Of a stretch of 32,000 nucleotides of DNA, positions 12,664-22,367 are shown one piece after another (position 1 is the stretch's first letter; every line of letters begins with the position of its first letter). A model generated the notes under the pieces. It was not told the origin of the DNA. It ran no database searches and saw nothing but the letters and a program-made list of their open reading frames with translations. Source of the stretch: Vibrio vulnificus CMCP6 (GTDB taxonomy: Bacteria > Pseudomonadota > Gammaproteobacteria > Enterobacterales > Vibrionaceae); contig NC_004459.3 in NCBI RefSeq assembly GCF_000039765.1, positions 990,001-1,022,000 on the forward strand. Reading direction: 5' to 3'. The position numbers were made by a program, and so were the translations under genes.

Positions 12664-13764
12664 TTATAGACGAATTGGCATAACCACGTACATGGCGCTG
12701 TCGTCATCGACATTTTCAACCAGAGCACTGGCGTTGGCATCCGACATTGAGATTCGTACTTGTTCACAACGCAAGGTGTTCAACACATCCAATACGTAGC
12801 TAACGTTGAAGCCAATCTCAATCGCCTCGCCCTCGAAGCTCACATCCAACATCTCTTCCGCTTCTTCTTGCTCTGGGTTGTTGGCGGTAATGCGCATTTC
12901 ACTGCCAGCGAGGTTAACGCGAACGCCACGGAATTTTTCATTCGACAAAATCGCCGCGCGTGAAAACGCTTGGCGTAATTCATCACAACTCGCTTCCAGC
13001 GTTTTGGTTGTGTGTTGCGGCAACACGCGACGGTAATCCGGGAAACGACCATCCACCAACTTAGAAGTAAAGACAAAATGGTTTACTTCGGCGCGCAGAT
13101 TTGAGCTGCCAATTTGCAGCGTGACGGGTTGCTCTGGTGTATCCAGCAATTTAACCAGCTCTTGCACACCTTTACGCGGTACGATGATCTGCTTTTGTGC
13201 AAAGTCAGCACTCAACGCTGCCTGCGCCACAGCCATACGGTGACCATCGGTCGCGACACTGCGCAGTGTGCTGCCCTCAATTTCAAACAACATGCCATTG
13301 AGGTAGTAGCGTACGTCTTGGTTCGCCATCGAGAATTGTGTTTTCTCAATCAGCGCGCGCAATTCGCCCTGAGTGAGGGAGACTTCCACTTCACTTTGCC
13401 AATCTTCAATATTCGGAAAATCATTGGCCGGCAGAGTGGCCAACGAGAAACGGCTTCGCCCGGAGCGCACTTGCACGCGATCACCTTCCAATACAAACGT
13501 GATCACCGCATCGTCGGGTAATCCACGGCAGATATCGATAAACTTGCGCGAAGGAACCGTAATACTGCCCGCTTCAAACTCCCCTTCCAAGGTCACTTTA
13601 CTGATCAGCTCCACTTCTAAGTCCGTGGCGGTCATTGACAGTTGACCATTTTCAACGTTGATCAGCAAATTACCGAGGATCGGTAGCGTTGGTCGCCCAC
13701 CGAGTGCACCGGAAACCTGTTGAAGGGGTTTAATAAAATGACTACGTGCGATAGTAAATTTCAT
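12664..13764 (-). CDS. dnaN: DNA polymerase III beta subunit (sliding clamp)
   Basis: 366 aa: MKFTIARSHFIKPLQQVSGALGGRPTLPILGNLL...YVVMPIRL. Confidence 0.99.
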   Translation of the reverse strand: MKFTIARSHFIKPLQQVSGALGGRPTLPILGNLLINVENGQLSMTATDLEVELISKVTLEGEFEAGSITVPSRKFIDICRGLPDDAVITFVLEGDRVQVRSGRSRFSLATLPANDFPNIEDWQSEVEVSLTQGELRALIEKTQFSMANQDVRYYLNGMLFEIEGSTLRSVATDGHRMAVAQAALSADFAQKQIIVPRKGVQELVKLLDTPEQPVTLQIGSSNLRAEVNHFVFTSKLVDGRFPDYRRVLPQHTTKTLEASCDELRQAFSRAAILSNEKFRGVRVNLAGSEMRITANNPEQEEAEEMLDVSFEGEAIEIGFNVSYVLDVLNTLRCEQVRISMSDANASALVENVDDDSAMYVVMPIRL

Positions 13765-13824
13765 GCTTGGCTCTTTACGCTGTCCGCTTCAATAAAGTGT
13801 TTAGAATTGTGTCATTCTAACCGA

Positions 13825-15231
13825 TTAAGACGACAGGGTGCGAATCAAGTTAGAGTAATCTTCTTTAATATCGTGGCTCTCTTCACGCAGCTGCTCAATC
13901 TTACGACACGCATGCAGCACTGTGGTGTGGTCACGGCCACCAAACGCATCGCCGATTTCCGGCAAGCTGTGGTTGGTAAGCTCTTTGGCCAATGCCATGG
14001 CTAATTGGCGAGGACGCGCAACCGAGCGAGAACGTCGCTTAGAGAGTAGATCGGCCACTTTAATCTTGTAGTATTCCGCAACCGTCTTTTGAATGTTGTC
14101 GATGGTCACCAGCTTCTCTTGCAGTGCCAATAGGTCACGCAGTGCTTCACGCACAAAATCAATGGTAATTGGGCGGCCAGTAAAGTTGGCATTGGCGATC
14201 ACGCGGTTTAATGCCCCTTCTAGCTCACGAACATTAGAACGCAGACGCTTAGCAATAAAGAACGCCACTTCATCGGCAAGATGGATTTGGTGATCTTCGG
14301 CTTTCTTCATCAAGATCGCCACACGGGTTTCCAGTTCTGGCGGCTCAATCGCCACCGTCAAACCCCAACCAAAGCGTGATTTCAGGCGATCTTCTACCCC
14401 GCTGATCTCTTTTGGATAACGATCCGAAGTCAGGATAATCTGTTGGTTGCCTTCCAATAGCGCGTTAAAGGTGTGGAAGAACTCTTCCTGCGAACGCTCT
14501 TTGTTAGCAAAGAATTGAATGTCATCGATAAGTAAGGCATCAACACTGCGGTAGTAACGTTTGAACTCTTCAATTGCGTTATTTTGCAGGGCTTTAACCA
14601 TGTCTTGCACAAAACGCTCAGAGTGCATGTAAACCACTTTGGCGTTGGGCTTGTTATCAACAATGGCGTTGCCAACGGCGTGCAACAAGTGGGTTTTACC
14701 TAAACCGGTGCCGCCGTATAAGAACAGTGGGTTGTACGCCCCACCAGGGTTATCCGCCACCTGACGTGCTGCGGCCAAACCCAATTGGTTCGACTTACCT
14801 TCGACAAAGTTATTGAACTTATGCTTAGGGTTCACATTTGAGCGGTGATTGATGTCAGCGATCGCTTGAGCATCATCATCCCAAGTTTTGTGTACTGGCT
14901 TACGCGCTTGCAATTGTGCGGGTGCCGACGATTCGGCCGCCACATCCGCTGGTGTGCGAGTTGGTGCTGGCTTAGGTGCAGCCACAGGACGGCTGCCGAC
15001 TTCAAAACGCAAGTTAGGAATGTCATGACCGCAATATTCTTGCAATAAACGATTAATGCTATTGAGGTATTTGTCTCGCACCCAATCCAAAACAAAGCGG
15101 TTTGGCGCGAACAGAGTGAGCGTATTGTCATTGAGCTCCGCTTGTAACGGGCGAACCCACATACTGAATTCTGTAGCTGGTAGCTCTTCTTGAAGCCGTT
15201 GCATACACTGCAACCAAAGCGAAGATGACAC
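13825..15231 (-). CDS. dnaA: chromosomal replication initiator DnaA
   Basis: 468 aa: [32 protein letters not shown]...[20 protein letters not shown]...[15 protein letters not shown]. Confidence 0.99.
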   Translation of the reverse strand: MSSSLWLQCMQRLQEELPATEFSMWVRPLQAELNDNTLTLFAPNRFVLDWVRDKYLNSINRLLQEYCGHDIPNLRFEVGSRPVAAPKPAPTRTPADVAAESSAPAQLQARKPVHKTWDDDAQAIADINHRSNVNPKHKFNNFVEGKSNQLGLAAARQVADNPGGAYNPLFLYGGTGLGKTHLLHAVGNAIVDNKPNAKVVYMHSERFVQDMVKALQNNAIEEFKRYYRSVDALLIDDIQFFANKERSQEEFFHTFNALLEGNQQIILTSDRYPKEISGVEDRLKSRFGWGLTVAIEPPELETRVAILMKKAEDHQIHLADEVAFFIAKRLRSNVRELEGALNRVIANANFTGRPITIDFVREALRDLLALQEKLVTIDNIQKTVAEYYKIKVADLLSKRRSRSVARPRQLAMALAKELTNHSLPEIGDAFGGRDHTTVLHACRKIEQLREESHDIKEDYSNLIRTLSS

Positions 15232-15294
15232 GGTGCCCCCACTGAGTACGAAATTAATCTGAAAAGATTGGCAATTTTACCTGTTGATAACCAA

Positions 15295-15441
15295 GATCGC
15301 CAGCGATTGATCGACGATCCAGTGAATAAGATCCAAGTTATTCACAATAATTTCGCTTGATTTTTGCGGATCAACACATCTTGCCCAATGATTACCCACA
15401 AGACGATCCACTTTTCCACGGATCTTGGCGATTTATCCCCA
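15295..15441. promoter_or_regulatory. dnaA upstream regulatory region: DnaA-box-like sequences and a GATC cluster
   Basis: TTATTCACA at 15338-15346, near-boxes at 15321-15329 (rc TTATTCACT), 15392-15400 (TTACCCACA) and 15433-15441 (TTATCCCCA); 7 GATC sites in 15295-15424. Confidence 0.7.
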
Positions 15442-15543
15442 AAACAGACTGTTCATCTGGTTATGGTTAATAACAACTAGTTATTTATTCTATTGAGATA
15501 AATCACATTAACATCACCTCCCATAAAGATAAGGAGTCACAAG

Positions 15544-16296
15544 ATGAATAACTGGATTAAAGCGAGTATTGCTGCCATCGCGCTTTCTGTAGCAACTTTT
15601 CAGGCGGTTGCCGAAGAAGTGGTTAAAGTGGGTATGTCTGGCCGCTACTTCCCATTCACCTTTGTAAAGCAAGACCAACTGCAAGGTTTTGAAGTGGATA
15701 TGTGGGATGAGATTGGTAAGCGTAATGGCTACAAAGTCGAATACGTAACCGCAAACTTCTCAGGTCTGTTTGGCTTACTTGAAACGGGTCGCATCGATAC
15801 CATTTCCAACCAAATCACCATGACGGATGCGCGCAAAGCCAAATACCTTTTTGCTGATCCTTATGTGGTAGACGGCGCTCAGATCACCGTACGCAAGGGC
15901 AATGACAGCATCAAAGGCGTTGCAGACCTTGCAGGTAAAACCGTTGCGGTCAACCTAGGCTCAAACTTTGAGCAGCTATTACGCGATTACGATAAAGACG
16001 GCAAAATCAATATCAAGACTTACGATACCGGTATTGAACATGATGTTGCGTTAGGACGTGCCGATGCATTCGTGATGGATCGCCTGTCAGCACTAGAACT
16101 GATCAAGAAAACCGGTTTGCCACTACAATTGGCAGGTGAACCGTTTGAAACCATCGCTAACGCATGGCCATTTGTGAACAACGAACGTGGCGTGAAGCTG
16201 CAAGGTGAAGTCAACAAAGCCCTTGCTGAGATGCGCGCAGACGGTACGGTTGAGCAAATCTCAATCAAATGGTTTGGTGCAGACATCACCAAATAA
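15544..16296 (+). CDS. amino-acid ABC transporter, periplasmic substrate-binding protein
   Basis: 250 aa with signal peptide (MNNWIKASIAAIALSVATFQAVAEE) and family 3 SBP pattern (GRYFPFTFVKQDQLQGFEVDMWDEIGKRNG). Confidence 0.93.
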   Translation: MNNWIKASIAAIALSVATFQAVAEEVVKVGMSGRYFPFTFVKQDQLQGFEVDMWDEIGKRNGYKVEYVTANFSGLFGLLETGRIDTISNQITMTDARKAKYLFADPYVVDGAQITVRKGNDSIKGVADLAGKTVAVNLGSNFEQLLRDYDKDGKINIKTYDTGIEHDVALGRADAFVMDRLSALELIKKTGLPLQLAGEPFETIANAWPFVNNERGVKLQGEVNKALAEMRADGTVEQISIKWFGADITK

Positions 16297-16328
16297 AGCG
16301 AATAGCGCTCGTCACAGCTTTCTTTTTT

Positions 16329-16360
16329 AAGGTGGAATTTGCGATTCCACCTTTTGTTTT
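16329..16360 (+). terminator. intra-operon stem-loop between substrate-binding protein and permease genes
   Basis: AAGGTGGAAT-TTGCG-ATTCCACCTT followed by TTGTTTT. Confidence 0.75.
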
Positions 16361-16377
16361 CTTTAAGGGTAACTGGT

Positions 16378-17049
16378 ATGGGATTTGATTTTAACTACAT
16401 GCTAGAGCTACTGCCGATTCTGCTCAAATACCTCGGCACCACCATGGAAATGGCGATTCTGGGTCTGGTTTTCTCTTTGGTCTTGGCGGTAATACTGGCC
16501 AATATTCGTGTGTTCCGCCTCCCCATCCTCGATCCACTCAGCCAACTCTACATCAGTTTTTTCCGTGGCACACCGCTGCTGGTACAACTGTTCTTGCTTT
16601 ACTATGGCTTACCTCAAATCTTCCCAATCATGGTTGGTCTCGACGCGTTCAGTGCTGCCGTTATTGGTTTAACACTGCATTTTGCCGCCTACATGGCAGA
16701 AAGCATTCGCGCCGCGATTATTGGTATTGACCGTAGCCAGATGGAAGCCAGCTTGTCGGTAGGCATGACCACCTCTCAAGCAATGCGTCGCGTTATCTTG
16801 CCACAAGCCACTCGCGTCGCTTTGCCATCATTAATGAACTACTTTATCGACATGATCAAATCCACCTCTTTGGCTTTTACGCTAGGCGTAGCGGAAATAA
16901 TGGCCAAGGCGCAAATGGAAGCTTCGTCTAGCTTCCGCTTCTTTGAAGCCTTTTTGGCTGTCGCACTCATCTATTGGGGTGTCGTACTGGTGCTAACCCG
17001 AGTGCAAATTTGGGCCGAGAACAAACTGAATAAGGCGTATGCGAGATGA
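16378..17049 (+). CDS. amino-acid ABC transporter, permease (HisM/GlnP type)
   Basis: MGFDFNYMLELLPILLKYLGTTMEMAILGL...; family signature region YFIDMIKSTSLAFTLGVAEI. ATG at 16378 preferred over the track's 16339 start, which overlaps the hairpin. Confidence 0.9.
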   Translation: MGFDFNYMLELLPILLKYLGTTMEMAILGLVFSLVLAVILANIRVFRLPILDPLSQLYISFFRGTPLLVQLFLLYYGLPQIFPIMVGLDAFSAAVIGLTLHFAAYMAESIRAAIIGIDRSQMEASLSVGMTTSQAMRRVILPQATRVALPSLMNYFIDMIKSTSLAFTLGVAEIMAKAQMEASSSFRFFEAFLAVALIYWGVVLVLTRVQIWAENKLNKAYAR

Positions 17050-17783
17050 TCAAATTAGACAATATCCACAAACGCTTTGGCGACACAGAAGTACTCAAAG
17101 GCATTGATCTGACCATCAACCAAGGTGAAATCATCGTCATCATTGGTTCAAGTGGGACTGGCAAATCCACCTTGCTGCGCTGTGTTAACTTTCTAGAGCA
17201 AGCGGACCAAGGCAAAATCACCATTGATGACATCAGTGTCGATAGCCAACAACACACCAAAGCCGAAGTGCTTGCGCTGCGCCGCCGCACTGGCTTCGTG
17301 TTTCAAAACTACGCGTTATTTGCCCACATGACGGCGCGACAAAATATTGCCGAGGGTTTGGTCACCGTTCGCGGCTGGAAAAAAGAAGACGCTCTGAAAC
17401 GCGCACAGCAAATCTTGGACGACATTGGTCTGGGAGAAAAAGGCGACAGCTACCCGGCGGCCCTCTCTGGTGGCCAGCAACAACGCGTCGGTATTGGCCG
17501 CGCCATGGCACTGCAACCCGAACTGTTGCTTTTTGATGAGCCAACTTCGGCATTGGATCCAGAATGGGTTGGAGAAGTCCTCTCATTAATGAAGAAGTTA
17601 GCCAACCAACACCAAACGATGCTGGTGGTCACCCATGAGATGCAATTTGCCCGAGAAGTGGCGGATCGCGTGATCTTCATGGCGGAAGGCAAGATTGTTG
17701 AGCAGGGATCTCCACAGGATATCTTTGGAAATCCACAGGATCCTCGCTTACAAAAATTCCTGCGCCAAGTAGGAATGGAGTAA
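17046..17783 (+). CDS. amino-acid ABC transporter, ATP-binding protein (GlnQ type)
   Basis: Walker A GSSGTGKST, signature LSGGQQQRVGIGRA, Walker B LLFDEPTSALDPE; overlaps the permease stop by 4 nt. Confidence 0.95.
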   Translation: MIKLDNIHKRFGDTEVLKGIDLTINQGEIIVIIGSSGTGKSTLLRCVNFLEQADQGKITIDDISVDSQQHTKAEVLALRRRTGFVFQNYALFAHMTARQNIAEGLVTVRGWKKEDALKRAQQILDDIGLGEKGDSYPAALSGGQQQRVGIGRAMALQPELLLFDEPTSALDPEWVGEVLSLMKKLANQHQTMLVVTHEMQFAREVADRVIFMAEGKIVEQGSPQDIFGNPQDPRLQKFLRQVGME

Positions 17784-17809
17784 AGATCCCGACAAAGATC
17801 GCGAGATCC

Positions 17810-17837
17810 TTGAGATTTTACTCACACTCCGTATAAT
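17810..17837 (+). promoter_or_regulatory. candidate sigma-70 promoter upstream of rpmH (distal)
   Basis: TTGAGA - 16 nt - TATAAT. Confidence 0.55.
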
Positions 17838-17869
17838 CGCCCGGCGGATTTGTTGATACACCACAAAGA

Positions 17870-17898
17870 TTGACACTTTGTGTGACTGTGATTACAAT
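17870..17898 (+). promoter_or_regulatory. sigma-70 promoter upstream of rpmH (proximal)
   Basis: TTGACA - 17 nt - TACAAT. Confidence 0.8.
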
Positions 17899-18010
17899 TC
17901 CGCCTCTTTGTTGAGAGGCGTCGGTGAACTCTTCTTTATATAGAGAAGAAAACAGACCCACGCCGGGTTAACTTAGAACCTAAAACTACTGATCAGTAAA
18001 GGTAATAACA

Positions 18011-18151
18011 ATGGCTACTAAACGCACTTTTCAACCTTCAGTTCTAAAGCGCAAGCGTACTCACGGTTTCCGTGCACGCATGGCGACTAAGAACGGTCGT
18101 AAAGTAATCAATGCACGTCGTGCGAAAGGCCGTGCGCGCCTGTCAAAATAA
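18011..18151 (+). CDS. rpmH: 50S ribosomal protein L34 (absent from the ORF track, probably because it is short)
   Basis: [46 protein letters not shown]. Confidence 0.99.
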   Translation: MATKRTFQPSVLKRKRTHGFRARMATKNGRKVINARRAKGRARLSK

Positions 18152-18164
18152 TCGCTAGCTTATT

Positions 18165-18521
18165 TTGAATACGTACGCGTTCAATCGGGAGTTACGTTTG
18201 TTAACTCCCGAGCATTATCAAAACGTCTTTCAGCAAGCTCATCGAGCTGGCTCTCCTCATTTCACTATCATTGCTCGCAATAATAACCTTTCTCATCCTC
18301 GTTTAGGCTTGGCTGTACCCAAGAAGCAAATCAAAACTGCCGTTGGTCGCAACCGATTCAAACGCCTAGCCCGTGAAAGCTTTCGTAACACACAACATCA
18401 ACTTCCCAATAAAGATTTTGTTGTGATCGCCAAGAAAAGCGCGCAAGATTTGAGCAATGAGGAACTGTTTAAGTTGTTTGATAAGCTATGGCATCGCCTG
18501 TCTCGCCCCTCGCGTGGTTAA
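18165..18521 (+). CDS. rnpA: ribonuclease P protein component, TTG start
   Basis: 118 aa; [28 protein letters not shown] is the RnpA RNR signature; directly after rpmH. First codon at 18165 is TTG. Confidence 0.96.
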   Translation: MNTYAFNRELRLLTPEHYQNVFQQAHRAGSPHFTIIARNNNLSHPRLGLAVPKKQIKTAVGRNRFKRLARESFRNTQHQLPNKDFVVIAKKSAQDLSNEELFKLFDKLWHRLSRPSRG

Positions 18522-18745
18522 CAATCGGACTCGTCCGTCTTTATCAAGGTCTTATCAGTCCTCTCCTTGGACCGCGCTGTCGTTTTACTCCAACCTGTTC
18601 TACATATGCCATAGAAGCGTTGAAAGCTCACGGTTTTGTAAAAGGGTGTTGGTTATCAGGCAAACGTCTATTAAAATGCCACCCTTTGAATGAAGGGGGC
18701 TTTGACCCCGTTCCACCAGTCCAAAAACAAGACAGAGATAAATAA
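18488..18745 (+). CDS. yidD: membrane protein insertion efficiency factor YidD
   Basis: 85 aa: [35 protein letters not shown]...; overlaps rnpA by 34 nt. Confidence 0.96.
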   Translation: MASPVSPLAWLTIGLVRLYQGLISPLLGPRCRFTPTCSTYAIEALKAHGFVKGCWLSGKRLLKCHPLNEGGFDPVPPVQKQDRDK

Positions 18746-18747
18746 CG

Positions 18748-20367
18748 ATGGATTCTCAACGTACTCTCCTGGTCCTGCTTCTGGCGCTGGTTTCTTTCTT
18801 GCTGTTCCAACAGTGGCAAGTCGCAAAGAACCCAGCCCCTCAAGCCGTTGAACAGGCTCAAACAAGCAGCACTTTACCTGCACCATCTTTTGCTGATGAA
18901 CTGGACCCAGCGCCAGCGCAACAAGCGTCAGCAAAACTCATCACGGTAACAACGGATGTGTTGACTCTGTCAATCGACACTGTTGGTGGTGATGTAGTGG
19001 CTGCGGATTTGAACCAATATTCTGCAGAACTCAATTCTGCGAATGCCTTCGAGCTTCTTAGAGACACTCAAGGTCATCAATTCATCGCACAAAGTGGTCT
19101 GGTTGGCCCACAAGGCATCGACCTAAGCAGCAACAATCGTCCAAGCTACCAAGTGAGCGCGGACAGCTTTACGTTAGCTGACGATCAAAACGAATTACGT
19201 ATTCCAATGACCTACCAAGCGAATGGCTTGGAGTACACCAAAACCTTTATCCTAAAACGTGGTAGCTACGCGATTGACGTTGAGTTCGATGTCATCAACA
19301 AATCAGGTAACAACGCAACGTTAGGCATGTACGCACACCTACGTCAAAATCTGATGGACGCGGGCGGCAGCATCACCATGCCAACCTACCGTGGTGGTGC
19401 TTACTCAACCGAAGATACTCGTTATAAAAAATACAGCTTCGAAGATATGCAAGATCGCAATCTGTCTCTTACTCTGACCAATGGTCAAGGTTGGGCAGCA
19501 ATGATCCAGCACTACTTCGCTGCGGCGTGGATCCCACGTAACGAACCAGGTGCAAACCTGTACACTCGCGTGATTGGCAATATGGGTGACATTGGCGTTC
19601 GCATGCCAAACAAAACCATTGCTGATGGCGATAGCGCACACTTCACCGCAACCCTTTGGGCTGGTCCTAAACTGCAAGACCAAATGGCGGAAGTCGCACC
19701 AAACCTTGACTTGGTTGTCGATTACGGCTGGTTGTGGTTCATCGCGAAACCACTGCATTGGCTACTGTCTGTTATCCAAAGCTTTGTGGGTAACTGGGGT
19801 GTGGCGATCATCTGTCTGACCTTCATCGTTCGTGGTGCGATGTACCCACTGACAAAAGCACAGTACACCTCAATGGCCAAAATGCGCATGCTACAGCCTA
19901 AGCTGCAAGCAATGCGTGAGCGCATCGGTGATGACCGTCAGCGCATGAGCCAAGAGATGATGGAACTGTACAAGAAAGAGAAAGTTAACCCACTCGGTGG
20001 CTGTCTTCCTCTCATTCTGCAGATGCCTATCTTCATCGCTCTGTACTGGGCATTGATGGAATCGGTTGAGCTGCGTCACTCGCCGTTCATCCTATGGATT
20101 CACGACCTTTCAGCACAGGACCCATACTTCATCCTGCCGCTATTGATGGGTGGATCAATGTTCCTAATTCAGAAGATGAGCCCAACGACTGTGACCGATC
20201 CTATGCAGCAGAAGATCATGACCTTTATGCCGGTGATGTTTACCTTCTTCTTCCTATGGTTCCCATCAGGCCTGGTTCTATACTGGCTAGTATCGAACAT
20301 CGTTACTCTGATCCAGCAGTCTTTGATATACAAAGCACTGGAGAAAAAAGGCTTACACACTAAGTAA
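18748..20367 (+). CDS. yidC: membrane protein insertase YidC
   Basis: 539 aa: [24 protein letters not shown]...[58 protein letters not shown]. Confidence 0.98.
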   Translation: MDSQRTLLVLLLALVSFLLFQQWQVAKNPAPQAVEQAQTSSTLPAPSFADELDPAPAQQASAKLITVTTDVLTLSIDTVGGDVVAADLNQYSAELNSANAFELLRDTQGHQFIAQSGLVGPQGIDLSSNNRPSYQVSADSFTLADDQNELRIPMTYQANGLEYTKTFILKRGSYAIDVEFDVINKSGNNATLGMYAHLRQNLMDAGGSITMPTYRGGAYSTEDTRYKKYSFEDMQDRNLSLTLTNGQGWAAMIQHYFAAAWIPRNEPGANLYTRVIGNMGDIGVRMPNKTIADGDSAHFTATLWAGPKLQDQMAEVAPNLDLVVDYGWLWFIAKPLHWLLSVIQSFVGNWGVAIICLTFIVRGAMYPLTKAQYTSMAKMRMLQPKLQAMRERIGDDRQRMSQEMMELYKKEKVNPLGGCLPLILQMPIFIALYWALMESVELRHSPFILWIHDLSAQDPYFILPLLMGGSMFLIQKMSPTTVTDPMQQKIMTFMPVMFTFFFLWFPSGLVLYWLVSNIVTLIQQSLIYKALEKKGLHTK

Positions 20368-20384
20368 GTGACAACAGAGTAAAG

Positions 20385-20411
20385 AAAGGCGGCCAAAAGG
20401 TCGCCTTTTTG
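20385..20411 (+). terminator. Rho-independent terminator after yidC
   Basis: AAAGGCGGCC-AAAA-GGTCGCCTTT + T-run (one G-T wobble). Confidence 0.88.
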
Positions 20412-20484
20412 TTTTCGGCTGATTACAATTCAGCTAATTGATTCCCTGACCAGACAAATGGTCGTTAAAACGATAGGCTCATTT

Positions 20485-21846
20485 ATGACAACAGATACGA
20501 TTGTCGCCCAGGCTACAGCGCCGGGCCGAGGTGGTGTCGGGATTATTCGTGTTTCTGGCCCGCAAGCCGCTCAAGTTGCCTTGGAAGTAACAGGTAAGAC
20601 GCTAAAAGCGCGCTACGCTGAATATCTCCCTTTTAAAGCCCAAGATGGTAGTGAACTTGACCAAGGGATCGCCCTGTTCTTCCCAAATCCTCATTCATTT
20701 ACTGGCGAAGATGTCCTTGAGTTGCAAGGCCACGGCGGCCCTGTGGTGATGGACATGCTGATTAAACGCATCCTGACCATCTCTGGTGTTCGCCCCGCAA
20801 GACCAGGGGAGTTTTCTGAGCGAGCCTTCCTTAACGATAAGATGGACCTCACGCAAGCTGAGGCGATCGCAGACCTGATTGATGCCAGCTCCGAAGAAGC
20901 GGCCAAATCAGCACTCCAATCGCTACAAGGGCAATTTTCTAAGCGAATTCATACGCTGGTGGAATCTCTCATCCATCTGCGCATCTACGTTGAAGCGGCC
21001 ATCGATTTTCCTGAAGAGGAAATCGACTTCTTAGCCGATGGTAAAGTGGCGGGCGATCTGCAAGCCATCATCGACAACTTAGACGCAGTACGCAAAGAAG
21101 CCAACCAAGGCGCGATTATGCGTGAAGGGATGAAAGTGGTGATTGCGGGTCGACCAAATGCCGGTAAATCGAGCTTGTTGAATGCGCTATCAGGTAAGGA
21201 TTCCGCGATTGTCACCGACATTGCTGGCACCACACGTGATGTCCTCCGTGAGCATATCCATATCGATGGCATGCCATTGCACATCATCGATACCGCTGGT
21301 CTGCGTGATGCTTCAGACGAAGTAGAAAAAATCGGTATCGAGCGCGCTTGGGATGAGATCCGTCAAGCCGATCGCGTACTCTTCATGGTCGATGGCACCA
21401 CCACCGACGCCACCGACCCTAAAGAAATCTGGCCAGACTTTATTGATCGCCTGCCAGAACAAATCGGCATTACCGTGATCCGCAACAAAGCGGATCAAAC
21501 CCAAGAATCACTCGGGATCTGCCATGTTAGTCAACCGACGTTGATCCGTTTGTCGGCCAAAACAGGTCAAGGCGTTGATGCATTGCGTAATCACCTAAAA
21601 GAGTGCATGGGCTTTTCTGGCAACAGTGAAGGTGGCTTTATGGCAAGACGCCGACATCTGGATGCACTTCAGCGCGCCGCAGAGCACCTGCTGATTGGCC
21701 AAGAACAATTGGAAGGGTATATGGCCGGAGAAATTCTTGCAGAAGAACTCCGCATCGCTCAGCAGCATCTCAACGAGATCACGGGCGAGTTTAGTTCCGA
21801 CGATTTGCTCGGACGTATTTTCTCTTCATTCTGTATCGGAAAATAA
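20485..21846 (+). CDS. mnmE: tRNA-5-carboxymethylaminomethyl-2-thiouridine synthesis GTPase MnmE (TrmE)
   Basis: [25 protein letters not shown]...[32 protein letters not shown]...[12 protein letters not shown] at 20485 preferred over 20458. Confidence 0.97.
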   Translation: MTTDTIVAQATAPGRGGVGIIRVSGPQAAQVALEVTGKTLKARYAEYLPFKAQDGSELDQGIALFFPNPHSFTGEDVLELQGHGGPVVMDMLIKRILTISGVRPARPGEFSERAFLNDKMDLTQAEAIADLIDASSEEAAKSALQSLQGQFSKRIHTLVESLIHLRIYVEAAIDFPEEEIDFLADGKVAGDLQAIIDNLDAVRKEANQGAIMREGMKVVIAGRPNAGKSSLLNALSGKDSAIVTDIAGTTRDVLREHIHIDGMPLHIIDTAGLRDASDEVEKIGIERAWDEIRQADRVLFMVDGTTTDATDPKEIWPDFIDRLPEQIGITVIRNKADQTQESLGICHVSQPTLIRLSAKTGQGVDALRNHLKECMGFSGNSEGGFMARRRHLDALQRAAEHLLIGQEQLEGYMAGEILAEELRIAQQHLNEITGEFSSDDLLGRIFSSFCIGK

Positions 21847-21850
21847 CTTC

Positions 21851-21875
21851 AAAGCGTGGCCATTGGCTGCGCTTT
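21851..21875 (+). terminator. Rho-independent terminator between mnmE and mioC
   Basis: AAAGCGTGGCC-ATT-GGCTGCGCTTT followed by TT; 11-bp stem including two wobbles. Confidence 0.75.
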
Positions 21876-21893
21876 TTCATTTAAGGACATACT

Positions 21894-22328
21894 ATGATTC
21901 ACATCATCACAGGCAGCACACTCGGTGGCGCAGAATACGTGGGCGATCACTTGAGTGACCTACTGCAAGAGGCTGGGTTTGAAACCACCATTCACAATCA
22001 CCCTCAGTTAAGCGAAATCCCTAATCAAGGCACCTGGTTGATCATCACCTCTACGCATGGCGCAGGCGAATATCCAGACAACATTCAGCCTTTTATCCAC
22101 GCTCTGCAAGCGACCCCACCGAAAATGAGTGATGTTCGTTATGCTGTTGTAGCGATTGGAGACTCCAGTTATGACACTTTTTGTGCCGCGGGTCTGCACG
22201 TCCACGCGTTACTGACTGACATTGGCGCCAGTGCGATCACTCAGTGTCTGACCATTGATGTGCTCAGCCATACCGTACCAGAAGACGCCGCCGAAGTTTG
22301 GCTAAAACAACATATCGAGCAGTTTTGA
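21894..22328 (+). CDS. mioC: FMN-binding flavodoxin-like protein MioC
   Basis: 144 aa: [36 protein letters not shown]...; upstream of oriC. Confidence 0.96.
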   Translation: MIHIITGSTLGGAEYVGDHLSDLLQEAGFETTIHNHPQLSEIPNQGTWLIITSTHGAGEYPDNIQPFIHALQATPPKMSDVRYAVVAIGDSSYDTFCAAGLHVHALLTDIGASAITQCLTIDVLSHTVPEDAAEVWLKQHIEQF

Positions 22329-22367
22329 TGCCTATTGCGGGGGAAGCACTCCCTCGCTTTTCCCTTC

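Noticed and set aside
13114-13521. 135-aa + strand ORF inside dnaN
   Set aside because: Antisense to dnaN with no domain-like features.
14832-15242. 136-aa - strand ORF overlapping the dnaA 5' end
   Set aside because: Out-of-frame shadow of dnaA.
20458-20484. Nine-codon N-terminal extension of MnmE (MVVKTIGSF)
   Set aside because: MnmE proteins begin near [17 protein letters not shown]; the upstream ATG lacks support.
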